A stretch of DNA of 64,000 bases, taken from assembly GCF_009914755.1 (NCBI RefSeq), contig NC_060925.1; one strand, given 5' to 3'. The stretch is from the human T2T-CHM13v2.0 reference genome, Homo sapiens. The stretch's first letter is position 1. Each line of letters begins with the position of its first letter. The position numbers were made by a program, and so were the translations under genes. The notes under the pieces were generated by a model that was given only the letters and a program-made list of their open reading frames with translations, was not told the DNA's origin and made no database searches. Below, one piece after another: positions 1 to 13,793 of the stretch.

Positions 1-3000
1 TCCTGAGAGCATGAGAACACAGCCAGTACAGACTATTAATCTGCATTTCCTCCTTGAGATGTGCCAGCCATAAAAAATGTAGCAGCTTCAAAAACTACAA
101 ACTAGAAAGGGGCCTAAAGGAAATTTGGTGCCCAATGAATAAATCTTATGTCAGCTCAGGATTGTTGTAATTGCAGTTCTGTATAATGTTCATAAGGCTT
201 GGGTTTCCTGCGGTCCCTGAAATCGACCAGGGAGGTGAGGAAGGAAGCAGCCATTCCCCACCAGGGTGCCCAAGGACTCCCACCAAATTAGAATGTGGTC
301 CCAGCCCCGGGAACTAAATTTATCCTGAAAGGACATTTGGATCAGAATGTTCTCTGCTACAAGAGATCCTGTCCCTCATTGTCCTCCTCTTTCTCTTCTT
401 CCAGAGCCAGGCAGTATTGGCTGTAAAACTCAGCCCTGTCAATTCAGCTTGAAAACCACACATACACATGCAGTCAACCCGCAGCAACAGACACCACATG
501 TTTAGATTTGAAAGATGGGAAAGACTGAGGCAAGCAGGAAAGGAGAGGCCGAGGACACACAGAGAAGGTGAAACAAGGTGGTTTTGGTGAAGCTGAGCGC
601 AGGGTCAAAGAGGAACTGAGAAGAGGAAAAAATGTCCCCTGGTGGCTGTGGACAACTCGAGCCCGTAACCCAACAGCAGCTGGGGCAAGTCATTCCCTCT
701 ACAGCGCCAGCTGCTCCTTCCCAAGCCACGCAGCTCCTCCTACCTGCCCCCGCACTTCAACCTTTTGAGCCCACTTAACACTCAGAAGCCCCCCGCACAA
801 AGTCGGCTTTGGGTGATGTCACTGCTGCTGCGGGTGACAGCCAGGCCCTGGGGATAGAAGCCTGCTCTGGGATGGTGGCGGTTTCCAGCCACCCCACCAA
901 ACCTGCAAGGTTGAATTCTGCAGGCAAAGGAAGGATGTAAACTCCCTGCCTGGGGGAGAAGCTAAGTCCCCGAGGCTGCTGGAGAAGAGTGTATTTTTAG
1001 GCATAGGCTTGATTTGTGAACAATAAGGGAAGAGCAAAATTGTAAAATCCTAAGGTTCTTGTGAAGTCTGATCAGTGTCGCTCCTGCTAAACATCCAAAA
1101 AGATCCGACAGAGCAAGACAAACTCGGGCTGCCCTCAAGCCCTGGCTCCTGGTTGGGTGGTGTTCAGTCAGTGAGATCAGAACCTCAGCGTTTTGGGGTG
1201 GGAGGGGTGTTTTTCCATTCCTCTGACTCTTAAACAAGAGTGTACCAGGTGGCTCTCATCTTTAATCCTAACAATCTCCCAAGGAGGGAGATTCATCCAC
1301 CATTCCTCTAGCCCAACCCTGTACTCTAAGGTCAGAGCAGGTCCCAGTGATTGAGGGGGGTTCAACCTGTACCATAATCTACACCCGTCTCCCATCCCCA
1401 TTCTTACCTCTCAGTCTTTGATACAGACTATTGACATTCTCTCCATCTTACATAAAATGCTTTGCAGGTGCAACCTGAAGACAAATTCCCTGGCTTCCCT
1501 CTCCCGCCATCAGATCGCCATCCCCCAACCCCTTCTCATAGATAGAATGGGGCTACTACCATTTTAGACCTGGGTGCCTCATCGCTCCAGCTGCTGCTCA
1601 CCAGGATCTGGCTCCAGCCCTTCTTTCTATTCTCACCTTTCAACATTCCCTTTACGATCAGCTGCATGCCTCCCATTCCGCAGAGCCCTGAGCTTCTGCA
1701 TTCTTCACAGCTGCTGGAGCTGGTCCCTTCCCCTAGAGGACCCTCGACCCACCTGCACCTGCTAGAACTGACCCCATGACCATCTCAGATGCCCTGCACA
1801 GCAGCGTCCTCATTCCCATCTAGGTGGAACTGTGCACCGTGCCCTCCACACCCTTGTCCTCAGCACCAGCAGCCAAGGCGTGTGTGTCTGCGTGCTTATC
1901 TCTCCATTAGATCACAAGCCTGTTTAGGGCAGGGACCTTGCTGTCCCCACGGTGCCTGGCTCAGAACAGCCCTTCAATAGCTCTGTGCTGAATGAATTAA
2001 TCACCTTTTGTCCAGTCCTCAGGGGAGAGAATAGTTGCTATTTCTAACAGCAGCAGGAAGACAAATATCGCCCTGCCCACTCCCCCGCCTCCCATTCCAC
2101 ACATACACACCCACTGGTGGCAATTTCTCTTTGCTCTCAAATCGATATGGTTTCTAGCACATTCTAGCAAGAAGCACCATAAAGAGCTGATAGGGACCTT
2201 GGAGAGCCCTTAGCTTCCTCCCCAGATGCACAAGTGAGGGATCTGAGGGCAGTGAGGGGCAGGGTCTGCTGGCGATCACACAGCAGGCAGGTGTCGGGCG
2301 GCTCCCGCAGAGCCGCCTCGTGGCTCTGAGTTCAGAGGCGGTGGCTGCTCTGCGCCCACTGGATGGCTCCGCCGTGTCTGGTTACTGATCTCTGGTTTGT
2401 GGCTGTGCCTGATGTAGTCACAGGTCAGTGGTCATAGCCAGGCCCAGCTGCTGTGGCTGAGCAGTGTCTCTGAGAACGTCCAGCCACGGTGGCCATGCCT
2501 CAGCACTCTCCTGTGACACAACGTGATCTCACCGAGTGACCAGGTGTACGGCTTCACCCGTCCATTTCACAGACTCAACACTCAGCCCCAGCAGCCAAGC
2601 CCCAGCACCAGCAGCCACGCTTTCATTTCACAGACTGTGAGTAACACGAGACCGGGTCCAGTCTGTAGTTCACAGCTCTGTCCCATACCAGGCACCGTGC
2701 CCCTCACAGAGCATGGCTCAATAAACACGTGTTCTATGAATGCAGAGCAGGCTTATTTGGGGGCTGGGGTGGGAGGGCACATAAAACTACAACCTCACAG
2801 GAGGCCACAAAACTTTTAAGATGAAAAAGATTTGCAAATCCTTGAAGTTTCTTCTTTACTTCTCCTGTCTTTAGTCCAACCAAAGAAAGTTTACCTCCCA
2901 GATTTGACTTCTGGTTCGACATTTGTATCAATGGTTTAGATGAAGCTATTATACTCAGGCTCATCACATGTGGGAGGGCAGGAAGCTGGGAGGCCCCCAA

Positions 3001-4677
3001 ATACATGTTGCTGAGTGAGATGCTAAAAGGCCTGGACAGACTAGAATGAAGGGCTGAAACAGCTGCAGGGAAACGTAACAGAAGAAAATGAAAGGTACAG
3101 TTCTCACCTAAAAAGCCAACGGTATTAGGAAGGATGGGAGATTGAGGGGGCAGAGGGTGGGGAGCTGCTTAGCAGCTCATGAGAAGACAGAGGGGTTTTA
3201 GTAAATATTCAATTCAATATAAACTAACAGGCTACCATGAAAGCTAAAAGTCACTGGCTGTCTTTGGCTGCAGTAACAAAGTGAGAAAGCAGGTCGGTGC
3301 CTTCTGTACTGACCTGATCCCAGTGGTGTGTAAGGGTCAGTGTGTCACCAGATCCCTGGGCTGCTGTGGACCAAGCAGATCCTGTTCAGAGTAGCAAGAT
3401 CAGGGTGGAAACAGGATTATTGACATGATTATGGCAGGGAAGTGGGGGCATTTAATCTAGGGAAGTCCTGGGTCCAGCTTAGGGGAGTTTGGGTGGAAGG
3501 CTGCTGGCACCTTACCATAGGAACGGGCAGAAGGAGGGGAGAATATGGGCGGGGAAACAGGAAGAGCTGCTGAAGCCTGACTCACCCAGGCCACTGGCAG
3601 CCCAAGGCACAGTGTCTAAGGGAAAGACCAGACTCAGCCCAGGCAGATGATGGCTTGGGGTTAGAGGCAGGTCTGATCCTGAGGGCCTGGGGACTATCAG
3701 GGACACTGTGACTCCAGGCGAGCAGAAGTAGAAGTCAGCCCCTCAGAAGGCAGGGAGGCAAGAAAGAACAAGACCCAGTATGGGGCTCAGTGAGGCTTCA
3801 AGGAAGACCCTAGCCTTCCTTGGGATCAGAAGGCAAGGCAGAGAAACTGAAGCGGGTCCCAGTTCTGATGGCTGGGCAGGTTACCCTGAGATGGCTGCCC
3901 TTCTACCTCCCCAAGGGTGCTGGGCCTCATCCTTGAGGCAAGCCTTGGACCCAAGGGGAGGACAATAGGGAAACCAGGAGAAGGAAGGGATTTTAATAGG
4001 CAGAGGAGCCACCACAAGGCACAGCCAAGGTGGGGGTGTGGCTGGGATGAGGGCCTCCAGAGCTGCTGCAAGGTTGGACCAACACTGGGTTACTGTTCAG
4101 CCCTAGGCTTCCTAATATTCACCCTTGTTGGAGGGAAGTCCCCATGACTCAGCCCACCTTCTAGGCTGCTTCTAGCCATTGTAGGAACCAGGGGTAGAAG
4201 AGTTAATTTGAGGACGGGCCTCTCTCCCCCAGGCAGGGCAACCTGGCTAGCTTTGGAGATGGTCAACTCAAACAGTTGACCTCAAAACCCTCTGCCCTCA
4301 CCAGCCACATGACTGTGGACACATCTCTTACCTTCTCTGCTTCAGTTGCTTTATCTATAAAGGGGGTATGAATACAGAGCCTAACTACGGGACTGTCGCC
4401 AAGAATCACTGAGATGATAAAGTAAAGGCACAGTCTCCAGCACACAAGAGATCAACAGATGGAGGCGACACTATTACCACCTGTGGGATTACCAACCACT
4501 TCCCCAATCGAAACTTGGAATCAGAACCCCGGCCCGTGACGTTAGGGCGATGGGACAGGGTAAAGGTAAGTTTAGGGGCTGACAAAGTGGGAGATGCTTG
4601 TGGAGATGATGTGCGAAGAGAGCTCACCACAAGCCTTGGTGGAGGCACACAAGGCCACACAGAAAATGACAAAAGTC

Positions 4678-4835
4678 AGTTCTGGAGATGGATGGTGGTG
4701 ACAAATATACAATAATAAGGATACAAATATATATATAAGAATATAATTAGACAATTAACGTCACTGAACCATATACTTAAAAATGGTTAAAATGCTAAAT
4801 TATAGGTTATGTATATTTTACCACAAGTTTAAAAA
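4678..4835 (+). mobile_element. Old L1 (L1M-type) 3' end fragment
   Basis: gttctggagatggatggtggtga...cactgaac...aaaatggttaaaat...tatattttaccaca is typical of L1MB/MC 3' UTR. Confidence 0.75.
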
Positions 4836-5619
4836 GTGTTTTAAATGAACAAGTCTCAACTTGGACCCAGGTCTACGGACCGCAGGCTCAGTGTCTCTCC
4901 CACCATCATGCTAACAGGACAGGTTTGTATGGGAGATGCCTTTGGAGGAAACAAAACTGCTCAATTGAATTGCATCGAATTCTTTAATTCAAAGGTAAAT
5001 CGGGGCAGTTCATCTCTTTTCCTCGTCCAATTGTTGGGTTTTGGAGAATTTGAGCAGTGGTGATTTTGCCATTTTTTCTCTTAAAAACAGGAAAATGTCA
5101 TTTTACTAGATTTGTACTCAACAGGAAACTAGAATTATCAGAATTTTCTTGATAGCACAATGCAACAACACTTGTATAGAAGCCTCCAAACACTAAAGAT
5201 TCAACAGTGCCTTCCAACTTTACAAATTCTCAGAGAGTCAATGATCCTTACCCCAGGAGTCACTGAGTCCTACTATGCACAGTGCTCTTCGTTAGGCACA
5301 GCAGGGGTGGCTGCAGGGATGATTGGGAAGACGCTGGCCTCCCTGAGCTTAATTGAGTGCCATGTTTCTTAATAAGAGTGTGCACTGGCCCCCCTGCGGT
5401 GCTGTCAAAACACACATTCCCAGGCAGTGGGGTTCACCTGCCTATGCAGGACCCAGATATGACACGGGGGATCTGAGGCACACCCCTGATTGAGAACCGC
5501 TGCCACGGGGGAAATGATCATCATTGAAAAATGGTAACAACAAAACCAAATAGAACGGATTAACTTTGAAAAAGTCAGGGATGACACACCTTGGCACTCT
5601 CAGAGAAACAGAATATTCT

Positions 5620-5910
5620 TTTTTTTTCTTTTTTTTTATACTTTAAGTTTTAGGGTACATGTGCACAACGTGCAGGTTTGTTACATATGTATACATGTGC
5701 CATGTTGGTGTGCTGCACCCATTAACTCGTCATTTACATTAGGTATATCTCCTAACGCTATCCCTCCCCCATCCCCCCACCCCACAACAGGCCCCGGTGT
5801 GTGATGTTCCCCTTCCTGTGTCCATGTGTTCTCATTGTTCAATCCCACCTGTGAGTGAGAACATGCGGTGTTTGGTTTTTTGTCCTTGCGATAGTTTGCT
5901 GAGAATGATG
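5620..5910 (-). mobile_element. 5'-truncated L1PA (about PA3-PA5) with 17-bp TSD
   Basis: Canonical L1PA 3' UTR after a T-run. TSD gagaaacagaatattct at 5603-5619 and 5911-5927. Carries GAG rather than the L1HS-Ta ACA diagnostic. Confidence 0.93.
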
Positions 5911-7619
5911 GAGAAACAGAATATTCTATTAAGCTGAGCACTTGTTCCCCATGACTTTGGAGAAGTGGGAGTGCGCGTTCATGGAAGGAGTTTGGAATGG
6001 ATTGTTAAGGCAGGGGACTTGGCCACTTACTCTATTATCCTGAAAACTTTAAGCTGTCTGACCAGCTCCTGTGTGTAAGAGACTCAAGAGGAGTCACCTT
6101 TAAACTTTAAGATGTTGGAGCCAAAGAGCTGTCTTTATTATTGTTTTCTATGTCAAGTTTGAGGCTGTGTTTAGGGGACAGCCAGCTCTGTGACTGGGCA
6201 GAGGCAAGGCTATTAAGAGAAGGGACAGAAGTTGTTCGGACAGTCCCACAAAGGGCCTCCTGAACACAAACCAGGTCAGTCATTGTTACCAAAAACCGCT
6301 CACAGCCACTCTCCCGACATTTTCCTCTCCTTGTCAGGCAGTGCCCCTCAGACATGGAATTCTGGCTACAATCAGAGTTCTCAGAGATCCTCTGGCCTAA
6401 TCTGCCCACTTTACAGACAACACAACTGAGATTGAGCTAGAACAAGTAGCTTGTCCAAGCTCACAAGTGATCAGCATCCCAGACAAACTGGCCCTGGCCT
6501 CTCGTCCCATGTAGAATGGGCAGAGGGTTGCTGGGGTGGGAGCCCCTTGGGCAGGGCAGTTGTTAGGCTGCTTTTTTTTTTTTTTTTTTTTTTGAACATT
6601 TTCATTCTCTCAGCTGCCCATGCTGGGACTGTGATTTTTTGTATCCTGAGTTACACTGGAAGCTTCCTGAGAAGCGTGTCCACGGCCCCCTCACTTCACA
6701 TGGCCTAGGGCGAGGACAAGTGTGTGGTTTCCAAGGTAACACATAGCTGGGTGGATTCAGCCTCCCGGGCCGCCTCCTCTTCCTGGGAGGCTTCATCTTA
6801 AGCCCGCAGGGGAGGAGGCGTGGGAGGCCAGGCGACGCACCGCCTTCCCATTCACAAACACGGACTCTTCCCGAAACCAGTCTCCCCTCTGTCCTCCTGC
6901 CAGGGTTCAAGGGCAGATGACCCCTCCCCACCCCGTCCTGAACTCCTGGAGCTAAGGAAGCTCCTGGAGGACTTGGCAAGAGGCGTTTGCCTGGAAGTCA
7001 ACAGAACCCCAGCTGACGGGGAGGTCAAGCCTTAACATGCCCGGAGCAGGGCTTTTCACACCTGTTAATGGACACAGCACCACCCAGTGAGAGCATGATC
7101 CAGGATGACATTCCCCAGAGACAAAACAGAAAGTCAATACAGGCAGCCGAGAAACAAGCCTTGCTGCCACCACGAGCACACCCACCCCATCGGAGACGCC
7201 AGCCAGGGCCAGGGAGAGCAGCCGGGGGCCCTCACACCTGAGGGACAGGGAGCAGGGGCAGGAAAGCCCCCTCTGAGGCAGAAAGGGTTAAGCCCAAGTG
7301 TTTAAATGTTTAGCAAATAAAACCAAAATGTCACACAGAGACTGCCAGGGCTGGTGTAGTAACCATGGCAATCCATGGCCAGCGGCCGATCCAAGTGAAA
7401 AGGTGCTGGGATCGAGGTGGGCCTCCCAGAGAGTGGCAGGGAGGGCCATGGTGGGCATGGCCAGCTCACTGGGCAACCTGCTGGGACCCGCAGCCCCTTA
7501 GGATGCAGAAAGCACGGGCCAGATGCCAGGTCTGTGGGCTTCAGGTCAGGCTCTCAGCCTGTTAGAGGCTCCACTTTCTCCTTAGAATGAGGAGGGAGTA
7601 AATCTGCCATGCCTACCCC

Positions 7620-7940
7620 AGTTTTGTCATTCATTCATTCATTTATTCAGCCTACACTCATTGAATAGCACCTACTATGTGCTAGGCACTCTCATGCCTT
7701 TGGGGGTCCAACAGTGAAACCAATACAGTCCCCACTGCCATGGAGCCCACAGTCAGAGAAGGGAGTTGCAGGCAAGAAATAGTATTCACAACCAACATAA
7801 GACACGCAGGGACAAGTAAGAGCCGCTGCTATAAGAGCTGGTGCTAGGTCCACTCCTAGAAGGGGCACCCTGGGGTCAGGGAAGGGGGACGATGGCCAGA
7901 GAGAGTTCCTGGAGGAGGAAATATCTATGCTGAAACCTAA
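7620..7940 (-). mobile_element. L2 fragment
   Basis: cattcattcatttattca...gcacctactatgtgctaggcact is an L2 3' end signature. Confidence 0.7.
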
Positions 7941-10490
7941 AAGGCAAAAAGGTGAAGGCGGCCAGGCCCAAGGCCTCATAGATGTGAAAACCCTCTAAAA
8001 AATACAAAGCGCTAGACAAGATGTGGCCACACCATCGTCTCTGAGGCGCTTGCTAATGTATCAGCTCTGAGCTTTCTGTCTTCAAAGTGTAGTCTGACGA
8101 GGATTTATTCCATGGTGTTCTGACTTCTCGGGCCCAGTTGGTGGTGTAGCTCCTCTCTCTATTTCTCCCTTTCTTTCTAGCCCCACTGTGCACAGCTGGG
8201 CCAGGCAGGAGGCCGAGGCCCAAAGAAGAGCAGCGCTCCAGTGAATCCCCATCACCAGTCGCTGTTCTCTGGAACACATTCCCCATTTTCAATTTCCCTT
8301 GTGTGCTGTGATCATCCAGGGGCACACTCATGAAAGTGGGACAGGAGAGGGATGTAAACCTGGCAGAGGAGGCCCCCATCTGGAATTTCCTTGTCAAGGT
8401 CTCCTCCCCTTCAGTACGAGTGGCCCGAGCTCCCTCCTTCCATCTGCTCATCACACCTGAGTTAAGGAGCTGACATGCTCAAACCTAGCCAGGCTGAGAA
8501 GTCTGTCTGGGGGTCTCAAGATCTCGGAGGTTCAATGAAGGTATTTCTAATTCATCAACCAACCAGCCAGAGACACCCTTAGGAAACCTCTACCAGGTGT
8601 CTGAAGAAGGATGGGGACTCTAGCCCCTACCTGGGGGGTTTGGGCAGCCTCCACCTCCCTTCGGAGGACAGGCACAGCTTCCTTCTCTTTTTTTTTCCTC
8701 TCCTGAAACGCTCTGGGCCAGCTTTGTCCTGAGCATACAAGGTCTCTGCTCCTGGCGAATGCAGGGCACAGCATCATCTCCGCGTGAAACCTGCCCAGCC
8801 TCTCTGGGAGAAATGCATCACTCCCTCCTCCGTGGCCACTTGGTGTTTCACAGACCCTCATATTATGGCACTTATGACCCTGGGTCACAGTGGATAAAGG
8901 TCTAGGACAAACCAATTTCCAAAGGCAGGAATCAGGTCTGCTTTATTTCTGGATTCTCAATGCCTAGCACAAAGTAGTCCTACAATAAATGTTTGTTGAA
9001 TAAGTAAACGAATGAATGGACTCACCATTTTTATAGACTGTACTAGGGTTGGAAAATTTAGAGAGGTCAGTACGTGCTCTGCTATTATACCTTGTCTCTC
9101 AGTGCCAGGACACCTTACAGGTTACATTCAGGATGTGACTTGAGCCTGCTTTCTTTTACAGGGAGAAGGGAGGGTGAGGGCACAGAGCAAGACGCAACGT
9201 GAGTTGTCCTGTCTGTTCTTTCAGGGGAAGACACCACTAACTCATTTAGCGGTGGGACCCCAAAGCACCTGGGCCAGCAACACCTCCTGCATTACAGACA
9301 CCCATGTCCCTGTGACAGCACATTACACGCACCCAGGAGGACACTCCCATCCACAGAGCAATTATGCCACAGGAAGTGAGGCTTCCTATAATTTATGTCC
9401 TGTAATTTCAAGTAATTTCCCTGTCTGCTCAGAACTCTATTGGTATTTAATGAAAATATCCACTTTTATATACCTAATAAATTAAAAGCCTCCCCTTTTT
9501 TTGGTCCCTTGTATTTCAAATTCATGAGGTTGAAGGCCCATAGTTTGTTACTACCGTTACGTTTCTGTTGAGTTTGAAAAAGACTGGAAACATCTGAGAC
9601 CAACGCTAGATCTTGAGGGGATTGATATCCCCAGGCAAGAGTGGATCTCCACCCCATTGATCTGATTGATGCCTTTTACTTTGAATATGGCCAAGAACCA
9701 CAATTTGAAATTAATGATCTCTGAAGCTCCCATTCTGGGACTGGATTATATGAACTCTGCCACTGCTCTGTATCCCATCCTGGGTCACAGTAGTCTCTTC
9801 AGTTTAATTCAATAAACATTCACTGACTACCTGCTACGTGCCCGGCATTGGCCTGGATGTAGGGACGGCACCTCCCATCCCTGCAACTTTATTAAGGATG
9901 CCAGGCTCTGCTCCACGCCTCCGGATGTGAATGTGTCTGCACCCCACCCCTTATTCCATGCCTGGGGCTCTGAGCCAGGCACTTCCTCCCAGGGGTACTG
10001 GATCCCTCCCATCCTCCCTTCCTCACTCCTGCCCCAGCTCTGGGCATCAACACCCCTCACCTGGCCCATGATGACGTGCTTCCCACTGTCCTCCTGCCTC
10101 TGAAATTGGCCTTTCCTATATTTGCATGCTGCAGATGAAGAGTGCTGTCTAAAATGTAAATCTGATCATCTCTGTCCCCAGCTTGAAACCTTCTCATAGT
10201 TTCTGCTGCTGCCTACAGGACATTCCAAAACCCTTCAGCAAGGCAAACAAGTCCCTACGGGTCCTTCCCACCCTCCATAGTGAACTTGCCCCTCTACCCA
10301 GGACCCTGTCCTTGAGACATTCCCAGTGTGCTCTGCAGTTCCCCATCTCAGAGCCTTTGTTTACTCTGAGACCTCTGTCTGGGGTATCCTTTCCACTCTG
10401 TCAGCCAGACAAACACATTCTTACTTAAGCTAAGGAGTTCTGCATATATTATCTAATTTAATCTGTACAATAACCCTTTCTGGTAGGTAC

Positions 10491-10854
10491 TGGTTCCGGG
10501 TGGGTAGGCATATTCAAACCTACCCCCAAAGGCTGAGGAAGCTGAAAGGCTGAAGAAAGGGGCTGACATATCCAGTTTCTCAGAAAGAAGCATTTAATAG
10601 GGACTTATGAACAAAAGCCACAGTCTCTGGCAGCAGTAAGACAAGATGGTGGATCCTGCACCACGACCCCCTAGTCCCAGGGATTAAATACCAGAGGAAA
10701 GGGGTATATGTGCTTCAGAAGCAATTTGCCTAAGGGCAGGACTTACAGTAAACAGTAGATGAAGGAGAAATCTTAGAGGCTTTCCCGAAACTGGGTTAAT
10801 CGGAAGTCAATATGGAGGATCAGCATCCAAGATGGAGTTGCTGTGGCCTCCACA
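10491..10854 (-). mobile_element. Solo ERV1-class LTR nested in a MIR
   Basis: TG...CA ends and a 4-bp near-TSD (gtac/gtat). Minus strand begins TGTGGAGGCCACAGCAACTCCATCTTGG. MIR sequence resumes on both sides. Confidence 0.75.
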
Positions 10855-11003
10855 GTATGGTTATTAGTCCTATTTTACAGAAAGGAAATAGACTAAGAAG
10901 GATTAAGTAACTTGCTAAAGGCCACCTACACACTAAATGTGACAAACAGCATGATTTGCGCCAAGCTGGGCTGCTCTGAAGTCTACATTCTCAGTAGAGA
11001 ACG

Positions 11004-13793
11004 TTCCTCAAGCCTGGGTCATAACTGAGTTTTATGATTCTGCCTGCTAGCCTGCCTTCCAGGATGGCACCAGGGCCATTCATTAGAGCCATAGATTCAC
11101 TCAAGGCTGATGACCCCTGGGAGAAGCAATGGTGAATTCTGAGTTTCTCATCTAGAGAACTGGGCTCCTGTCCTGGGCTCTGCACCTAGAAGAACATTAT
11201 TAAATAGATGCTGAACCAATGACTGCACTTGGTGGGTCATCAAGGGCAAAGGAGGAGAGGATACTGGGGAGCAAGAGGAGTTCAGTGTTTTGTGTGTGGA
11301 GCCAGGGGCTGCCGGTGGCATGTAAAACGTGAGCCTGCAGCCTGGGGAGGGGATTAGCACGGTCTGAGAGCTGTTGGTGAGAGCTAAACCACAGAAGTAA
11401 ATGGACTCTCCAAGGGAGAGCATGGTTTTCAGTCAGAGTTTTGGTAAATAAACAAAATGCATTGCTTCTTGTGTTTTCATTTCTCTCCCGGACACACTGG
11501 CCTGAGGAAAAGAGGTGCCTGAGTCTTTGAAAGGTCCGTGCTCCAAAACGCCAACAGAGAGGGAGACTGAGGAGAGATGGGGTGGGGTGCCATCTTCCAA
11601 CAATGGAGGCTACCATGCGGGAAACCAACCCCTTCTTTTCCCTGCTCCAGAAGCAGAACCAGGCCAGGGGGCAAGTTCCAGGGAGGCTGCCTCTTCTCGG
11701 CAGAAGGGCGGGCTTTCTAAAGACATTGGTAGGGCAGCCTCTCCCAGGGGGGCCAGCAGCTCCGTCACAGTAGCACACACAGAGGCCCTGGGGTTCCTGC
11801 ACTAGGTGGACACTACAGTTTAAACGTGTCCCCTCCAAAATTCAGATGTTGCCAATGTGGTAGTGCCAAGAGATGGGGCCTTTCAGAGATGTTGAGGCCA
11901 TGAGGGCTCCTCCCTTGTGAATGGGATTGAGGCCTGTATCAAAGAGGCCCCATGCAGTGTTCAGTCCCTCAGCCTCCTGCCTTCCCTGCCTGAGGATGCA
12001 GCAACGTAGCGCCGTCTTGGAAGCAGAGAGCAGCCCTCACCAGACAACTGAAGCTGCTGGCACCCTAATCTTGGACTTCCCGATCTCCAGAACTGTGAGA
12101 AATACATTTATGTTCCTTATAAATTACCCAGCTTGGGTGAGAGTTACCCAACAGTGTTTTAGAATTCTTCTTCCTGAAAAACTCAAGCCATCTAAATGAA
12201 CAAGTAACAATACTGTTCTAAAAGGTACTCCCCCAGCCTCACATGTGTGCTGGGCAGGGCCTGGGTCCTGGGTGTGAGCTTCTGGGGCAAGGCTGGGGAA
12301 GACGGGGACATGATCATCTGGTCCCTGCTAAAATTTAGCTAGGTGATCAGGAACCACTGTGGATGAGGAAAGCTGTGAGCAGATTCCTAGCAAAGGTCCT
12401 GACATCACCCAAAGGGGAGATGCGGCAGCCACCCCCTGCCCTGCCTGCTTCGCAACAGGTGAGCAGCAGCTGGCCTTTGCCTGTGGAAGGGTGCTTGCTA
12501 AGCACTCCCCTCTGCATAACTTCATCAGTCACACTTGGGATAACTCCTTCCTCCACTCGCAAGAAGCAGGTTCCGCAGCTGGCTGAGCAGCCAGATCTAA
12601 ATCAGAGAATTACAAGATTGGGGGGCTAAGTAATAGATGAGGAAACTGAGGCCCGAGACCAAAAAGCTAAGTCAAGGTACGACCAGCTTTGGAAAAGAGT
12701 TACCTTGAACTCAGCATGCTTTCCATTCAAAGAACGTGCTACAAACGTGCTATACTCTGCCGAGAAGAGTATACTGTCAGACACTATAAGTCTCTGGACA
12801 TGCAAAGATTAATGCAAAGATAACTGTCCCTGAGGTAGGGAAGAAAGACACCCAACAGAAAACTACAATATGGCCCAGTGAGGTATATACAAGGGCGCTC
12901 CGTAGGAACCTCCCTCCCACTGACTCTCTGGGCCCAAACTGTTCCCATTTCCCTCTGGCAAGAGAAGGTCTAGCTGGGCACAGAAAGAACTTTACTGGAA
13001 AGGTAAGAGGCACAGAGGAAGCCGGTTTTGGTGACTTTCCTCAAGTGACGGAGGCTGCAGGGAGGATAAGGGGCTGGGTGGTGGGAGCTCAGGGTACAGG
13101 CAGGGCTGGGCCAGAGCAGGAGGAAGCCCAGCCACCTGCCAGTACCAGGCAGTCATGATAGTGACCACCTGGTGGACCCAGCTGGTAAGTGCAAGGCCCA
13201 GCTAGAAGCAGTGGGACAAAGGTCACAGGAAAGGGACCAAAGTTTCCATTCTGTGAAAGCCCACTCTGTACTCTACACTGTTTCCAACCCCTGCAAGAGT
13301 TCAGCAAAGTGGGTGATGTGGTTCCCATACTTCAGATGGGGAAACTGAGCCCCAGAGTCAGGATTCAACACAACTGATTTCACTTTGTTTCTCCAAATTG
13401 TGTCAGGCCAAAATGAATGACCCCCAATAGCATCATCTACTGCCCATGATTAGGGCTGAAACAGAGATTGGCCATGAGCTGGACATGGGACAATGGGTAC
13501 CCAGCCAGGTTCTGGGCTGTCAGCAACATGACCCTGCCACCAGGCCGGAACTGAGTCAAGCTGCAGCTGGACCAGAACAGGCTGAGAGCTAGGGCTGCAG
13601 GCCCTGGACTGGGAACAAGGACCTCAGGAGCATCAGAGGGAGGGACACCTGGCTCTACCCACCCCAATGCCTGGAGCAGAAAGAGGAAGTAATCAGGCCT
13701 AGCACCACCATAGTGTGGGGTTGAGGCTGAGAACAGCTCCTCTTCTTCCCCTTCCTCAAGCCTGGGTCATAACTGAGTTTTATGGTTCTGCCT
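11004..13793 (+). repeat. Dispersed 42-bp direct repeat (11004-11045 and 13752-13793)
   Basis: ttcctcaagcctgggtcataactgagttttatg(a/g)ttctgcct; 41/42 identical. Confidence 0.95.
11813..12132 (+). mobile_element. MST-type (ERVL-MaLR) LTR, 3' incomplete
   Basis: gtcccctccaaaattca...gccatgagggctcctccct...aatgggatt...cttggacttcc...tccagaactgtgagaaata...ataaattacccag. Confidence 0.85.

Noticed and set aside
2297-2317. GC hairpin ggcggctc-N5-gagccgcc
   Set aside because: 8-bp stems are expected several times by chance in 64 kb.
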